Below, piece by piece: positions 9,570 to 22,738 of a DNA stretch of 64,000 nt. Origin of the DNA: an uncultured Acidobacteriota bacterium (GTDB lineage Bacteria > Acidobacteriota > Thermoanaerobaculia > Multivoradales > UBA5704); contig CAVYRF010000002.1 of the NCBI GenBank assembly GCA_963770895.1, positions 1,312,001 through 1,376,000 of the forward strand, written 5' to 3'. Within the stretch, counting starts at the first letter, position 1, and each line of letters begins with the position of its first letter. A program made the position numbers and the translations under genes. The notes below the pieces were generated by a model. It saw only the letters and a list, made by a program, of their open reading frames with translations. It was not told where the DNA came from and searched no databases.

Positions 9570-10910
9570 TCAACTCCCTTCTTCACCGGGTTTGAGCGCC
9601 CGCACCATGCGCGCCAGGGTGGCGAATTGCAGATGAAACCACGACGCGGCGGCCGGCTCGGGCAGCGCCGACGCGACGACCAGCGCGTCGTCGTCCTGCC
9701 ACAGCAGGCCGACGAACAGCCGCTCGCCAACGTATTCGCAGGCACCGGCCGCCACGTGGCCGGCGAAGTCCATGGCCTGGGTCAACAGGTCAAGGCACAC
9801 CGGCGACCAGGACGGATCGCCTTCGCCGCGCAAGACCTGGATCGCACCGTCGGAAATGCGCAACGCCATCGCGAAGGCGGGTAGAGCGACGCCGCCCAGG
9901 GGATCGGCCTGGCTCCACCACCGGCACGGCAGAGGCAGATCCCGCTCGGCCTGTGCGGATATGGCCAGCGGCAGCGGCGCCCTGTCTGGCATCGGCGCCT
10001 TGTCGGAAGGCAACGCCTTGGCCGGCAGCGCGGCCTTGGCGGGCGGCTGCGCCTTGTCTGGCGGCTGCGCCTTATCTGGCGCCTGCGCCCTATCTAGCGG
10101 CTGCGCCCTATCTGGCGGCTGCGCCCTATCTGGCGGCTGCGCCCTATCTGGCGGCTGCGCCCTATCTGATACCGGCGCCTTGGCCGGCGACGGGACGTGC
10201 CGCGCCGCGGGCTGCCGCTGATCGTCCCGCCGGCGCTCGTCCGCCAGGCGGGCGGCTTCCATCAACAGCTCTGTCAGCCGGGCGCGCACGGTGCGCTCCG
10301 AGGTATGGCAGACGTGTTCGATGTCGATTTCAGGCGCTTCCCATTCACCCAGCCGCAGCACCGCCTGATCGCCGGTCAGGCCGTCGGCTTCGGCGTGGAC
10401 CAGTTCCCCGGCACGGATGCCGAGCACCGCCCGGCGCTCGTCCAGCCGCAGCGTCAGGGTGCAGGTCTTGCGCTCGATTTCGAGCAGCTGCAGGAAACCG
10501 AACAGCGTGATCCCTTCGAGATGGCCGCGGGTGCGCGGGCGCAGCGCTTCGTCGATGCGCAGATGCAGCGCTCGCAGGTCGATCGGCTTTTCCAGGTACC
10601 ACACGTCGCCGAGCAACCGCAGGTTGGCTTCCAGCTCCGGCGAGCCGTGCGCCGTCAGCACCAGCGCGGGTTTGCCAGGCTGCACGCGCATGTATTCCTG
10701 GAGCAGCTCGAAACCGCCGAGCACCGGCATGTGCAGGTCCGTGATCAGCAGATCGACCTGCTGGCACCGCAACAGCGCCAGCGCCTGGGCGCCGTCCGGC
10801 GCGGTCATCACGCTGAGGGCGCCACCGCGGACCGACAACGCTTCCGCCACGCTGGTGCGGAACAGCGCCTCGTCATCGACCAGCAAAATTCGTTTCGCTG
10901 TTTCGGTCAT
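9570..10910 (-). CDS. Response regulator with REC and DUF4388 (PATAN-like) domains and a repeat linker
   Basis: REC motifs ILLVDDE, LITDLHMP, YLEKP; DUF4388 motif LEGITLFGFLQLLEIERKTCTL...LLMEAARLADE. Confidence 0.88.
   Translation of the reverse strand: MTETAKRILLVDDEALFRTSVAEALSVRGGALSVMTAPDGAQALALLRCQQVDLLITDLHMPVLGGFELLQEYMRVQPGKPALVLTAHGSPELEANLRLLGDVWYLEKPIDLRALHLRIDEALRPRTRGHLEGITLFGFLQLLEIERKTCTLTLRLDERRAVLGIRAGELVHAEADGLTGDQAVLRLGEWEAPEIDIEHVCHTSERTVRARLTELLMEAARLADERRRDDQRQPAARHVPSPAKAPVSDRAQPPDRAQPPDRAQPPDRAQPLDRAQAPDKAQPPDKAQPPAKAALPAKALPSDKAPMPDRAPLPLAISAQAERDLPLPCRWWSQADPLGGVALPAFAMALRISDGAIQVLRGEGDPSWSPVCLDLLTQAMDFAGHVAAGACEYVGERLFVGLLWQDDDALVVASALPEPAAASWFHLQFATLARMVRALKPGEEGS
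10042..10168. repeat. 18-bp tandem repeat (about 7 units) encoding AQPPD(R/K)
   Basis: GGCGGCTGCGCCCTATCT-like units; degenerate copies extend to about 9975-10190. Confidence 0.9.
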
Positions 10911-10942
10911 CGTAAGCTTCCACGCAATTGAACCATATCTTA

Positions 10943-10958
10943 AGCACGGATCGTGCCT
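10943..10958 (-). promoter_or_regulatory. Putative sigma54 -24/-12 promoter
   Basis: Minus strand AGGCACGATCCGTGCT = GG-N10-GC, close to consensus TGGCACG-N4-TTGC; about 33 bp upstream of the ATG at 10910; next to an NtrC-family activator gene. Confidence 0.7.
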
Positions 10959-11039
10959 ATCTGCGGCGGCTCAGAGCGATGGCGCGCCGCCATCCCGATT
11001 CGCTGTCGTAGCGGGCCGAAAGCGCGACTTGCCAGGCCA

Positions 11040-12538
<1,499 letters not shown>

Positions 12539-12542
<4 letters not shown>

Positions 12543-14419
12543 CGCGTCTCCTCTTCCAAGGATGGCAGCGACAGGGTGAACATGGTGCCGCTGCCGCGCT
12601 CGCTCTCCACGTCGATGATGCTGCTCATCTGACTGAGCAGCTTGCGGACGATCGTCAGGCCCAGACCGGTGCCGCCGGCCTTGGTGGTGAAGAAGGGCTT
12701 GAACAGGTTGGCCAGATCCGCGGCGGCGACGCCACAGCCGTTGTCCTGGACCACCACCTCCAGCCGCCGGCCGCGCCGCCGCCCGGCGATGCGCACCCGC
12801 GGCTCCTGGCTGCCGGCCACGGCGTCGGCGGCATTGGTCACCAGGTTGAGCAGGGCCTGGCTGAAGGCGCGCGGATCGACGTGCACCTGCCCCAGATCGG
12901 CTTCGATCTGGGTTTCGAGCACGATGCCGCGCCGCTCCAGGTCGCCGCGCACCAGGTTGGCAAAATCGTTCAGATAGCGGGCGGCGGCGACCGGTTCCAG
13001 GCGAGGGCGCTCGAAGGCGCCGAAGCTCTTGAAGGCGCGCAGCAGATATTCCATGCGCGCGATCTCGGCCAGCGACCGCTCCAGGTACGACGACACCATT
13101 TCGGGCGGGTAGTGGGCAAGGTTCTGGTGCAGCACGGTGAGCGCCGTCTTGACCGAATTGATCGGGTTGCCGAGCTCGTGGCGCAAGGTGGCGAAGACGA
13201 AGCCGACCTGGTCGACCATGTTGACGGCATCCGCGATCGCCTCCAGCCGCCGCGGCTCGGTGACGTCGCGGGCGACGCAGACAAAATGCGTGGTGGCACC
13301 GCTTTCGGTGCGCACCGGCGCCACGTCGGCTTCGATCTGGTGCACCGACCCGTCGGGCCCGATCGCCGCGAAGGTGCCGCGCCAGACGCGTCCGGCGAGC
13401 ACCGCGGCGAGGATCGGCCGCAACTCCTGGCGCGGCGCGAGCGGCATGCTGAAGGCGCGCCGTGCGACCAGCCGTTCGGCGTCCAGGCCGGCGGCATTGC
13501 GGTAGGCCGGGTTGGCGTAGAGCAGCTCGCCATTGCGGCTGACGATGAGCAGCATTTCGCCGGTCTGCTCGATCGCCGCCGACAGGCGCCGGGCTTCTTC
13601 CTCGAAACGCCGCCGCTGCGTAACATTGGCGATTACGTGCGCCCAGGCGGCGCCGCGCCGCGCCAGGCCGCGCAGCTGGACATTCGAGATCTCGAACCAG
13701 TCGGCACAGCCGGGGAACTGCGCCGTCACCTGCTCCTTGCGGAAGTTGCCGGCGTCGGCGTCCGCCCCCGGTCCGAAAAAAGCGCTGTGGAGGTCACGGC
13801 CGATCAGCGAGCGGAAGGGCAGGCCGAGAAAGCGCGAGGCGGCCAGGTTGCAGCGGGCGATCCTGCCTTCGGAGTCCTCCAGCACGATCATGTCCTTGAC
13901 GGAATCGACGGTGGCGCACCATTCGTCGCGCAGGCGGCCAAGGTCGTCCTGGGTTGCCTTGAGCTCGCTGATGTCGAGGATCAGGCCGTTCCAGGTCTGG
14001 CCTCCGTCAGGCAGCGGCGGATCCGGCACCGCGTGCAGGCGCAGCCAGCGCACGGCGCCGTGCGAGCGGACGCGGAATTCTGCGGTACAGGTGTTGCCGG
14101 AAGTCGTAGCGTCGTCGAGAGCCGCGGTGAGAGCGGCGCGGTCCGCTTCGACCAGACCGTGGGCCAGCGCCTCAAGGTCGGTGGTGACCGGCGCCGGCAC
14201 GCTGTCGCAGGCGCGGTCGAAGATCTGGCCGGCGCCAGCGCTCATGAACAGCAGCCGGCCCTGGCGCAGTCCCAGGCGATGAAACTGAAAAATTGCTCCT
14301 GGAACGGCTTCGACGGCACGAGCCAAGCTTTGGTGGCCGCCGGCGGCCACGGACAACTCGCGATGAGATGAACCTTCAGCCCAAGCCATTGCAGTCTTTG
14401 CTCGAAAAAAGCCCGCCAA
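12539..14419 (-). CDS. PAS-domain sensor histidine kinase
   Basis: Several PAS/PAC segments, H-box LRHELGNP, N box, DNGCG, FFTTK, GTGLGL; start codon uncertain (TTG 14419 or ATG 14389). Confidence 0.92.
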
Positions 14420-14558
14420 AGAGCGCGTATTTCGCGGTGGCGCAGCCGCAGAGACTTTATGTCTTCATTCTACAGTAGTTGAACGCATGAAACCAGAGCT
14501 TTGTCGTCAACGCCACCGGGGTATGACAAACGATGGATCTGTGATGCACGCCGGAGGG

Positions 14559-15302
14559 TCATTCGACCTCGAAGTTCACGGTCAGGTTGAAGTACACCTT
14601 GACCGGCACGCCGTGCAGGGTTCCAGGGGTGAACTTCCACTGGCGAACGGCCTTCACGGCCTCCTCGTCGAGCCCCAGGCGGAGCGGCTTGATCAGCACC
14701 ACGTCGATGACGTTGCCCTGCTCGTCGATGGTGGCCTGCAGGACCACCGCTCCTTGCAGGCGTACCTTGCGCGCCCTCTCGGTATACAGCGGCTGCACGC
14801 GCCGGATCACCTGCGGCCGGCTGATCGGGCCACCCACCGCGAGCGGCGCGTCGCCTGACCGGTCGCCGTGGGCGCCTGAACCACTGTCGCTACCCATGCC
14901 GAAAGGATCGCTGCCGTCGCCGTCGGCGGGTCCGCTTGCCGACGGTTGCAGCGGCGACACCGCCGGCACGTCGGCCGGCGGCAGCTCGGAGTGCGGCGTG
15001 ATCGCGGCCAGCTGGGCCGCCGGCGGCTGAGGCGTGGTGGGCGCCGCGGGCACCGTGGAATGCGACGCCGGGCTCGGCCTGGCGGCGGCCGGCGGCCGGC
15101 TCGCCGCCGGCAGCAGCGGCGGCGGCAGCTGCACCTGGAACACGTCGTTTGTCGGCGGCTCCGCCACCGCCTCCACGTGCCACAGCTGGATCGCCGCCAG
15201 GGTGGCGACGGCCAGCGCGTGCGCGACGACGGAGGACGTCAGGATGACCCAGATCTGCTTGCGGTTGCGCCGGCGCGGAGCGCTATAGGAGCTGGTGAAC
15301 AT
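14559..15302 (-). CDS. TonB family protein
   Basis: N-terminal TM helix, Pro/Ala-rich linker, TonB_C motif PLYTERARKVRLQGAVVL...GLDEEAVKAVRQWKFTPG. Confidence 0.9.
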   Translation of the reverse strand: MFTSSYSAPRRRNRKQIWVILTSSVVAHALAVATLAAIQLWHVEAVAEPPTNDVFQVQLPPPLLPAASRPPAAARPSPASHSTVPAAPTTPQPPAAQLAAITPHSELPPADVPAVSPLQPSASGPADGDGSDPFGMGSDSGSGAHGDRSGDAPLAVGGPISRPQVIRRVQPLYTERARKVRLQGAVVLQATIDEQGNVIDVVLIKPLRLGLDEEAVKAVRQWKFTPGTLHGVPVKVYFNLTVNFEVE

Positions 15303-15560
15303 CGGAGCCTCCCCGGCGGCGGTTGGCGCGTCCCCTGGATGCGGCGGAGGCGCTGGTAACGGTGCCGCCTGCTTGAATTGGAGGGCCGAGTCGCAACGAA
15401 GGTTCCCGACGGCAGGCCGGTAAATGGCCTACATGGAACCGAGCACACTCGCCGCTATTGCGCCCGCACCGACACGCCGTAGATTGAATCGCAACAGAGA
15501 GCCCGCGGTACCGGCCAGTCCCGAGACCGACCGCATGCCTGCAACCAGAGGAGCGCGCCC

Positions 15561-16892
15561 ATGTCCACTCAAACCCCAAACCCGCGCCCGCCTGATTCCA
15601 CCGGCACCCAGTCGCAGGTTGCCGCTGGCGATCAAGCGGCAGGGCAGACGCTGAAGCTCGTGGTGCAACGCAACCGCGCCCTGGCCTACACCGTTGCCGG
15701 CGCGGTGACCCTGCTCGACAAGCTGATGGGGATCGGCCGGTTCGACTATGTCTTGAGCCTCGCGGCCCTCGGCCTCGGCTATCTGACCGTCCTGGCGTTC
15801 GTGGCCGAGGAGCGGCGGCAGCGGCGACGGGGCCGGCCACGCGACGTGGAGGTCTGGTGGATCAGCTGCGACGCGATTCTCATCACCGCCATGATCTGGC
15901 TGACCGGCGGCGTGGCAAGCCCGTGGTTTCTTTGGTATCTCGCCTGCGCCGGCGCGGCGGCCGCTCACTGCAGTCTGCGCGTGTCGATGGTTGGCGCCGG
16001 CTTGACCAGCGTGCTGTACCTGGCCACCCTCGCGGCTATGGGGCAGATCCGCGGTTTGGACGCCGGACTGTTCCACGCCGCCTCGAACCTGCTGTTCCTG
16101 CTCGGCTCGTCGCTGTTCCTGCTGTTCAACACGCGACAGCTGCGGGGGAGCGTGGTGCTCAACCGGCAGCTCAAGCGCCAGGCCGTCGAGCGCGTCGAGG
16201 AGCTGACGCGCATGACTCGCGAGCTGGAGGAAATGAGCAGCCTGCTCCAGGACTTCACCGAGAAGGACCCGCTCACGGACCTGCACAACCGGCGTTACTT
16301 CACCAAGCACATAGCCACCCAGGCCGCGCGTTTCGCGTCCGACCGCCGCTTTGCGGAACACCAGCGCACGACCGGCATCCTCATGCTCGATCTCGACCGT
16401 TTCAAGCCGATCAACGACACATATGGCCACTCCGCAGGTGATCAGCTGCTCAAGCATCTCGCCCAGGTGCTGCGCAGCTGCGTGCGTAGCGACGACCGCA
16501 TCGTGCGTTGGGGCGGCGACGAATTCGTGATCCTGGTGCCGCAGACGCCGGAGGAGGCGATCGGCGAAATGGCAGAGCGCATCGTCAATGCGGTCAGGTC
16601 GCAGCCGGTCGAGTTGGCCGACGGAGCCCGCCTGGCTCTCTCCTGCAGCGTCGGTTGGTCGGTGATCGATTGGCGGGCGGCGGCGGGCGAGGCGGAGTTG
16701 CCCTGGGAAAGCGCCATGGCGGCCGCCGACCAGGCGCTCTACCTGTGCAAGGCAGCGGGAGGTAGCTGCAACCATTTCCTGCCGGCAGCGCGCCAGCACA
16801 GCCCTGCGACGCAACCGGTTGCGGACGGCGGCGCCGCCGAAAAGGTCGCCAGCCCAGCGGCGAGCCACCCCGCGCACAGGTCCGCCGCGTGA
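15561..16892 (+). CDS. Membrane diguanylate cyclase (GGDEF)
   Basis: N-terminal TM helices; DPLTDLHNRR, DLDRFKPINDTYGH, RWGGDEF, ADQALY. Confidence 0.93.
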   Translation: MSTQTPNPRPPDSTGTQSQVAAGDQAAGQTLKLVVQRNRALAYTVAGAVTLLDKLMGIGRFDYVLSLAALGLGYLTVLAFVAEERRQRRRGRPRDVEVWWISCDAILITAMIWLTGGVASPWFLWYLACAGAAAAHCSLRVSMVGAGLTSVLYLATLAAMGQIRGLDAGLFHAASNLLFLLGSSLFLLFNTRQLRGSVVLNRQLKRQAVERVEELTRMTRELEEMSSLLQDFTEKDPLTDLHNRRYFTKHIATQAARFASDRRFAEHQRTTGILMLDLDRFKPINDTYGHSAGDQLLKHLAQVLRSCVRSDDRIVRWGGDEFVILVPQTPEEAIGEMAERIVNAVRSQPVELADGARLALSCSVGWSVIDWRAAAGEAELPWESAMAAADQALYLCKAAGGSCNHFLPAARQHSPATQPVADGGAAEKVASPAASHPAHRSAA

Positions 16893-16951
16893 TTCCGGCA
16901 TTCGCCAGGCATTGAACAATGGACGCTTTTGCAAGCAAGGAGTGGTCGCCA

Positions 16952-17365
16952 ATGTCTACGCAATTCATGCCCCTGCTCTCCTCACTGCTCACCGGACTGA
17001 TCGCCATCGCGGTCCTCGTCCTGAGCCGGCGCAGAGAGGACCGGATCGCCGAAGCCTCTCGGCTCGGCGAGTCTCAGCTGAGCATTCGCGAAAAAAGAGC
17101 CCTCCAGTGCGCACGCCTGATCGGTGCGGCGGATCTGTTGGTGCAGGGTGACGGCCTGGAGAAAACCAGGGCAAACCTGGACGACGCCCACGACATGCTC
17201 CTGCTGCTCGGTCCGGAAGACCTGGCGAGCACTGCCGCGGAGCTGGTGGCGGTATCCCGGCAGGAGGGTTTCGTCTCCTCTGCCTACACCAAGGCGCGGG
17301 CCGATTTCTATCGCGCCGCCAACCGGACCCTCGGCTACTGCCAGCGTCGATCCCTGCAAGCGTGA
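16952..17365 (+). CDS. Hypothetical protein with N-terminal TM helix
   Basis: AGGAG RBS, hydrophobic N-terminus, host-like codon usage. Confidence 0.6.
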   Translation: MSTQFMPLLSSLLTGLIAIAVLVLSRRREDRIAEASRLGESQLSIREKRALQCARLIGAADLLVQGDGLEKTRANLDDAHDMLLLLGPEDLASTAAELVAVSRQEGFVSSAYTKARADFYRAANRTLGYCQRRSLQA

Positions 17366-17438
17366 GCGCCCAAGCGGCCGCCGCAGGGCGAAACCCGCGG
17401 CGCAGGTTGCCGTAGTGGGGAGCAGGAGGATGCACACC

Positions 17439-17732
17439 ATGTTCATCATCCCGGTCCTGATGGTTGCCGGTTTCTTCCTGATGCTCAGCCTGCTGCTGGT
17501 TGCGGGGCTGGTGAAAGTCGTCCTGCGGGTGGCGCTGGTGCCCGTCGCCCTGTCGTTGGGCCTGATCAAGATCCTGCTGCTGCCCATCCTGGGCGTGGCG
17601 GCGCTGGCGGTGCTGGTGACGTTGGGGCCCATCGTGCTTGCCGTGCTCGCGGTCCTGGCGCTGCCGCTGCTGGTGCTCGGCATGATCGGCGGCGCCTTGT
17701 GGGGCGGCCTGCGCCTACTCGCGATGATCTAG
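17439..17732 (+). CDS. Small integral membrane protein
   Basis: AGGAGG RBS; almost entirely hydrophobic, about 97 aa; alternative start at 17430. Confidence 0.7.
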   Translation: MFIIPVLMVAGFFLMLSLLLVAGLVKVVLRVALVPVALSLGLIKILLLPILGVAALAVLVTLGPIVLAVLAVLALPLLVLGMIGGALWGGLRLLAMI

Positions 17733-17797
17733 TGCGGGGCACTAGCCAGCGCACAGCCGCGACCAGGCCGCCGCCGGAGTCCGGTCGGGAGACAGGT

Positions 17798-18955
17798 CTA
17801 GCAGGCGGAGGGGGCCGGGATGCGCACCGGCGTGGTGGCAGTCACGCCCGGCAGCGAGGCGGCCAGACCCGGGCCGAGCGCCCGCGCCGGCGTCCAGCTG
17901 CCGGGCTTCACTTGGCCGGCGAGCACCCGCAGGGTGCATTCGACCGCTGCCACGGCGGTCAAGCCGTACGCTTCGGGCGTCTCCATGGTGGCGGTGACCC
18001 GGTCGCCGGCGGCATTGGTCACCTCTCCCCACAGGTAGACGCGCGCGGTGTCGCGCAGCGCCGCCGAGGGGCCGCTGACCCGCCAGCCGATGGCCTTTTG
18101 CAGCAGGCGCTTGCAGGGAGGCAGAGCGAGCAGCGGCAGCAACGGACCCAGGCGGCGGGCGCGCCGCACGGCAGAGGGCGGCGTCGCGGCGTAGACGCGG
18201 ATGTTGGGGATGCCGGTCGTGTGGTAGGCGGTCGCCACGTCTCCCCAGGGGATGGTCATCGCCAGACGCCGGCCGCAGGCAAAGTCGATCTGCCGCACGT
18301 CAAAGGCGAGCGGCACCGGCACGATGCGCCCGGCGCGCCGCACCGCGCCGGCATTGGGAAAGGCCTCGACCATCGTCTTGAGCGTGCCGCCGCTGAAGGT
18401 TCCGCGCTCGGCCGCAAACGCCAGCGTCAGGTCGGTGGCGTCGATCAGGCTGTCGCCCAGGGTCGCTCCCAGGCAGTCGCTGGGCACGACGTCAAACCCG
18501 GTGCCGGGCAGCAGCACCACTCCGGCTTCGCGCGCCGCCGTGCCGCGCGCCATCACCGCTTCGAAAAACGCGATCTCGCCGGTGATGTCCAGGTAGTGGG
18601 CGCGCGCCGCCAGGCACGCGTCGACCATCGGTGGGCCGGTGCGAGCGAAGGGGCCGGCGCAGTGCAGCACCGCGGCGATGCGCGGGGGGCCGGCGAGCGC
18701 GGCGGCGATGGCCGCCGGCTGGTCCAGGTCGAAGGCGCGCCAGGGCAGACCCAGCTGGTGCGCCAGCTGCTCCACGGCTGGCGCCCGCCGGCCGGCGAGC
18801 ACCGGCCGCGCGCCGCGCCGCACCGCCTCGCGCGCCACCAGCTCGCCGGTATAGCCGGTCGCGCCGTAGATCAGCCATTCGCCGGCGGCGCCGGCGTCGG
18901 CGGGGGCGTCCGCATTGCCGGCGGCGCCGGCGGCGGTGGCAGCGGCGTCGGTCAT
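17798..18955 (-). CDS. Saccharopine dehydrogenase-like NADP-binding oxidoreductase
   Basis: IYGATGYTG Rossmann motif, HCAGPF, HYLDITGE, GFDVVPSD; ATGA overlap with purK. Confidence 0.9.
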   Translation of the reverse strand: MTDAAATAAGAAGNADAPADAGAAGEWLIYGATGYTGELVAREAVRRGARPVLAGRRAPAVEQLAHQLGLPWRAFDLDQPAAIAAALAGPPRIAAVLHCAGPFARTGPPMVDACLAARAHYLDITGEIAFFEAVMARGTAAREAGVVLLPGTGFDVVPSDCLGATLGDSLIDATDLTLAFAAERGTFSGGTLKTMVEAFPNAGAVRRAGRIVPVPLAFDVRQIDFACGRRLAMTIPWGDVATAYHTTGIPNIRVYAATPPSAVRRARRLGPLLPLLALPPCKRLLQKAIGWRVSGPSAALRDTARVYLWGEVTNAAGDRVTATMETPEAYGLTAVAAVECTLRVLAGQVKPGSWTPARALGPGLAASLPGVTATTPVRIPAPSAC

Positions 18956-20132
18956 CGGTCGCTCCCGGCAGCCAGGGTTGTCGCCGTGGCGCGGCGCGGC
19001 AGCGAGTCGCGCGCCGCCAGGACGCGCGCCAGCGCCGCTCCGGTATCGGCCTCCATCGCGGTCAGGTGCCCCATCTTGCGGCCGGGGCGCGGCGCGGCCT
19101 TGCCGTACAGGTGGAGCTTGACGGTCGGAAACCCGCAGACCGCGGCCCAGTCGGGTTCGCCGTCGTGCCACAGGTCGCCCAGCAGGTTCGCCATCGCGGC
19201 GGGCCGCAGCAGGTCGGTCGCGCCCAGCGGCAGACCGCAGATGGCGCGCAGCTGCTGCTCGAACTGGCTGGTGACGCAGGCGTCGAACGTGAGGTGACCC
19301 GAGTTGTGCGGCCGCGGCGCCAGCTCGTTGACCAGCAGCCGCCCGGAGCGGGTCACGAACAGCTCGACGCACAGCACCCCCACCACCGCCAGCGCCTCCA
19401 GGATGCCGCGCGCCATCTCGACCGCCTCGCGCTGCAGGGACGGCGAGCCGACCGCGACCGGCGCCGGCGCCAGCGAGACATCCAGGATGTGGCGGCGGTG
19501 CCGGTTTTCGATCAGGCCGAAGCAGGCAAACGCCCCGTCCAGGCCACGCGCCGCCACCACCGAGACCTCCGCCGCAAAATCGACGAACGCCTCCAGCACG
19601 GCTTCGCCGGTCGCCAGCTCGGCCCAGGCCGCCGCCGCCTCCTCGGCCGCGGCGATGCGCACCTGCCCCTTGCCGTCGTAGCCCCAACCCGCCGTCTTGA
19701 GCACTGCCGGCGTTCCCAGGGCATCCAGGGCGGCGGCCAGCTCGGCCGCCGAGCGCACCGCCACGAACGGCGTCACCGGGAACCCGGCCGCCGCCAGGAA
19801 GCCCTTCTCGCGCAGGCGATTTTGCGTCGTATGCAGCACCGCGCCGGCGGGCCGCACCGGCGCCTGCTCGGCGGCCGCATTGGCGGTCGCCGCCGGGACG
19901 TTCTCGAATTCAAAGGTCACCACGTCGACGCCGCGCGCGAACCCGCGCACCGCATCGAGGTCGTCGTAGGCGGCGCGCACCTCGCGGTCCGCAACCTGTC
20001 CGGCGGGGGTGTCGTCCTCGGGCGAAAAGGTGTGCACCCGATACCCCATGCGGCGCGCCGCGATGGCGAACATGCGGCCGAGCTGGCCGCCGCCCAGGAC
20101 GCCCAGCGTGGCGCCGGGAAGGATGGCGCCGT

Positions 20133-20136
<4 letters not shown>
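18952..20136 (-). CDS. purK: 5-(carboxyamino)imidazole ribonucleotide synthase
   Basis: [40 protein letters not shown]; GTG start overlapping the purE stop. Confidence 0.96.
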
Positions 20137-20627
<491 letters not shown>

Positions 20628-20722
20628 GTGGCGGTCGTCTCCCGCGCCCCGGCCCGGCCAGTTTGCGTCAGCCGGCGAGTTTGCCAGACACTAGCATAGC
20701 GGCAGCATGGCGATCACTGCGC

Positions 20723-22678
20723 TCACCGTGGCCGGATCGGATCTTTGCGACATTCCGTGCCGCGCAACGCATACAGCTGCGCGCCGCCATCCGCATAGAC
20801 CGCACGAAAGCGGTCGCGAAAGGCCGCGCCGTGGACCGGCGGCGGCTGAGGATCGGCGGCCGTCACCAAAAAGTGATCGACACCCAGAGCGCGCAGGCGC
20901 TGGTAGAGCACGCCCGCGTCGCCGTCGACGGGAACGACGCGGCCGTACGACGCGGGCCCGCTCCAGTCACCCAGGAACCGCCCGGCGGCAAAATACAGCA
21001 TGTTTTCGGCGTGCAGGGCATACAAGGTGTACGAGCTGCCGCAAACGCCGTTCAGGTAGCGAATCGCCGGATAGACCGCGAACGAGCGCGCCAGAAAGGT
21101 TTCTCGGCCTGCCCGCGTCAGCGGCAGCGGCCCGGCGACATGCAAGCGGTACCCTGCATACAACCAACCCGGCAGATAGCACGTCAGCGCCAGCAGCGCC
21201 GCCGCCGGCGCCAGCCACCCCCCCTGGCGCCGCCGCCAGCGTCCCCACGCGGCCAGCATCCGGATCACCCCCTCCCCCATCGCCAGGCTGACCAGCGGCA
21301 GCGCCAGCAGCAGGTAGCGCGCGTCCGGAAGAAACACGAACACCACCAACCCATACCCTGCCGCGGTCAACAGCAAGGCCCGCACCCGAGCGTCGGCGAC
21401 GAACGCCGCCGGCAGCACCGGCAGGGCGATCAAGAACACCGGCGAGTAGGGCGGGTAGCCGCCCAGGCGCTGGCGGGCCAGAACCGCGTCCCAGGGAGCG
21501 CGCAGCAGGCCGAGCGCCAGGCTGCCCAGCCGCGGCACCGCCCCCGCCAGGGAGTGGAACTCGCGCGCCACCCACGGCGACTCGCCAAAGACCTCCGGCA
21601 GAAACGGAAACACGGGATTGCCGGTGGCCACCACGATGCGGCCGTACCAGGGCGCGACCACCAGGCCGCCGACCAGGGCGACGCGCGCCAATCGCCGCCA
21701 GTGCCGCCAATCCCGCCAGATCCGCCAGCGCGACCCGCTTTCGCCTGGCGGCCGCAGCACCGCCGCCGCCAGGCCCACCAGGGCCAGCGAGAACAAACCC
21801 AGGTACTTGCTGTCCGCCGCCGCGCCGCCAAACACCGCCGCCAGCGTCAGCCAACCCTCGCCGTCCCCGTCGCGCCAGCGCGCCACCGCAAACAGCGCCG
21901 CCGTCGAGCACAGCACCAGCCCCGGCTCGATATACGAAGTGGTCGCCAGGTACACCACCAGCGGGCACCCCGCATACGCCGCCGCCGCGACCCACGACGC
22001 CTCGCGCGAGAACCGCCGCCCCCACGCCACCACCAGCGCCACCGTCAACGCCGTCGCCCCCAACGCCACCGCCTGCGTCGCCACGTCGTCGGCAAACGCC
22101 ATCAGCAGGGCAAACAACACCTCCTGCAGCTGCGGAAAGATCGGATAGCGCAACCCCGGCAGAAAAGGCAGCGAGCCGGTAGCCACAAACGCCCGCGCAT
22201 ACGGCAGATGGTAGGACGTGGCGTCAAACGCGGTCGGCGGATACAGCGTCAGCAGCAACAGCGGCGCGACCGCCACCCCCACCGCAAACGGCACCCACCG
22301 CCCCCACCGCTCCCGCCCCATGCGCGCCGCGGCCGCGCGCCAGTCCGCCGCCAGCCGCCGCCACCCCGCCAGGCTCGCCGCGTTGAGCGCCACCACCGCC
22401 CCCACGATCGGCCCCGGCCGCAGCCACCCCGCCAGCCCCAGCAGCAGCCCCGCGTACCCGACCGCCACCAGCCCCAGCGCCGCCGCCACCGAAACCGTTT
22501 CCAACCCCCCCGCCAGCCGCACCTCCCACTCCCCGCCAGCTCCCTCAGCAGCCGGCCGCCGCGCCACCGGCACCGCCAGCAGCGCCCGCCCCACCGCCAA
22601 AGCCGTCGCCCCCAGCACCCCGGCCGCCCCCAGGTTGCGCACCACAAACCAACACCCCGCCACGCCGGCGCTCAACAT
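20723..22678 (-). CDS. Polytopic membrane GT-C glycosyltransferase-like protein (ArnT/PMT-like)
   Basis: Many TM segments; FDATSYHL, YIEPG, SKYLG, PWYGR..ATGNPVFPF, ARYLL motifs. Confidence 0.7.
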   Translation of the reverse strand: MLSAGVAGCWFVVRNLGAAGVLGATALAVGRALLAVPVARRPAAEGAGGEWEVRLAGGLETVSVAAALGLVAVGYAGLLLGLAGWLRPGPIVGAVVALNAASLAGWRRLAADWRAAAARMGRERWGRWVPFAVGVAVAPLLLLTLYPPTAFDATSYHLPYARAFVATGSLPFLPGLRYPIFPQLQEVLFALLMAFADDVATQAVALGATALTVALVVAWGRRFSREASWVAAAAYAGCPLVVYLATTSYIEPGLVLCSTAALFAVARWRDGDGEGWLTLAAVFGGAAADSKYLGLFSLALVGLAAAVLRPPGESGSRWRIWRDWRHWRRLARVALVGGLVVAPWYGRIVVATGNPVFPFLPEVFGESPWVAREFHSLAGAVPRLGSLALGLLRAPWDAVLARQRLGGYPPYSPVFLIALPVLPAAFVADARVRALLLTAAGYGLVVFVFLPDARYLLLALPLVSLAMGEGVIRMLAAWGRWRRRQGGWLAPAAALLALTCYLPGWLYAGYRLHVAGPLPLTRAGRETFLARSFAVYPAIRYLNGVCGSSYTLYALHAENMLYFAAGRFLGDWSGPASYGRVVPVDGDAGVLYQRLRALGVDHFLVTAADPQPPPVHGAAFRDRFRAVYADGGAQLYALRGTECRKDPIRPR

Positions 22679-22738
22679 CGTCCGCTAGGGATTCCTGCTA
22701 GTAGCACGGGGCGGATCGAGGACCTTGAGGAGGAGGCC

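Noticed and set aside
16919-16935. TGGACGCTTTTGCA resembling a sigma54 promoter
   Set aside because: GG-to-GC spacing is 8 nt, not the required 10
22200-22680. Extremely C-rich plus strand
   Set aside because: Explained by Gly/Ala/Val/Trp-rich TM coding on the minus strand
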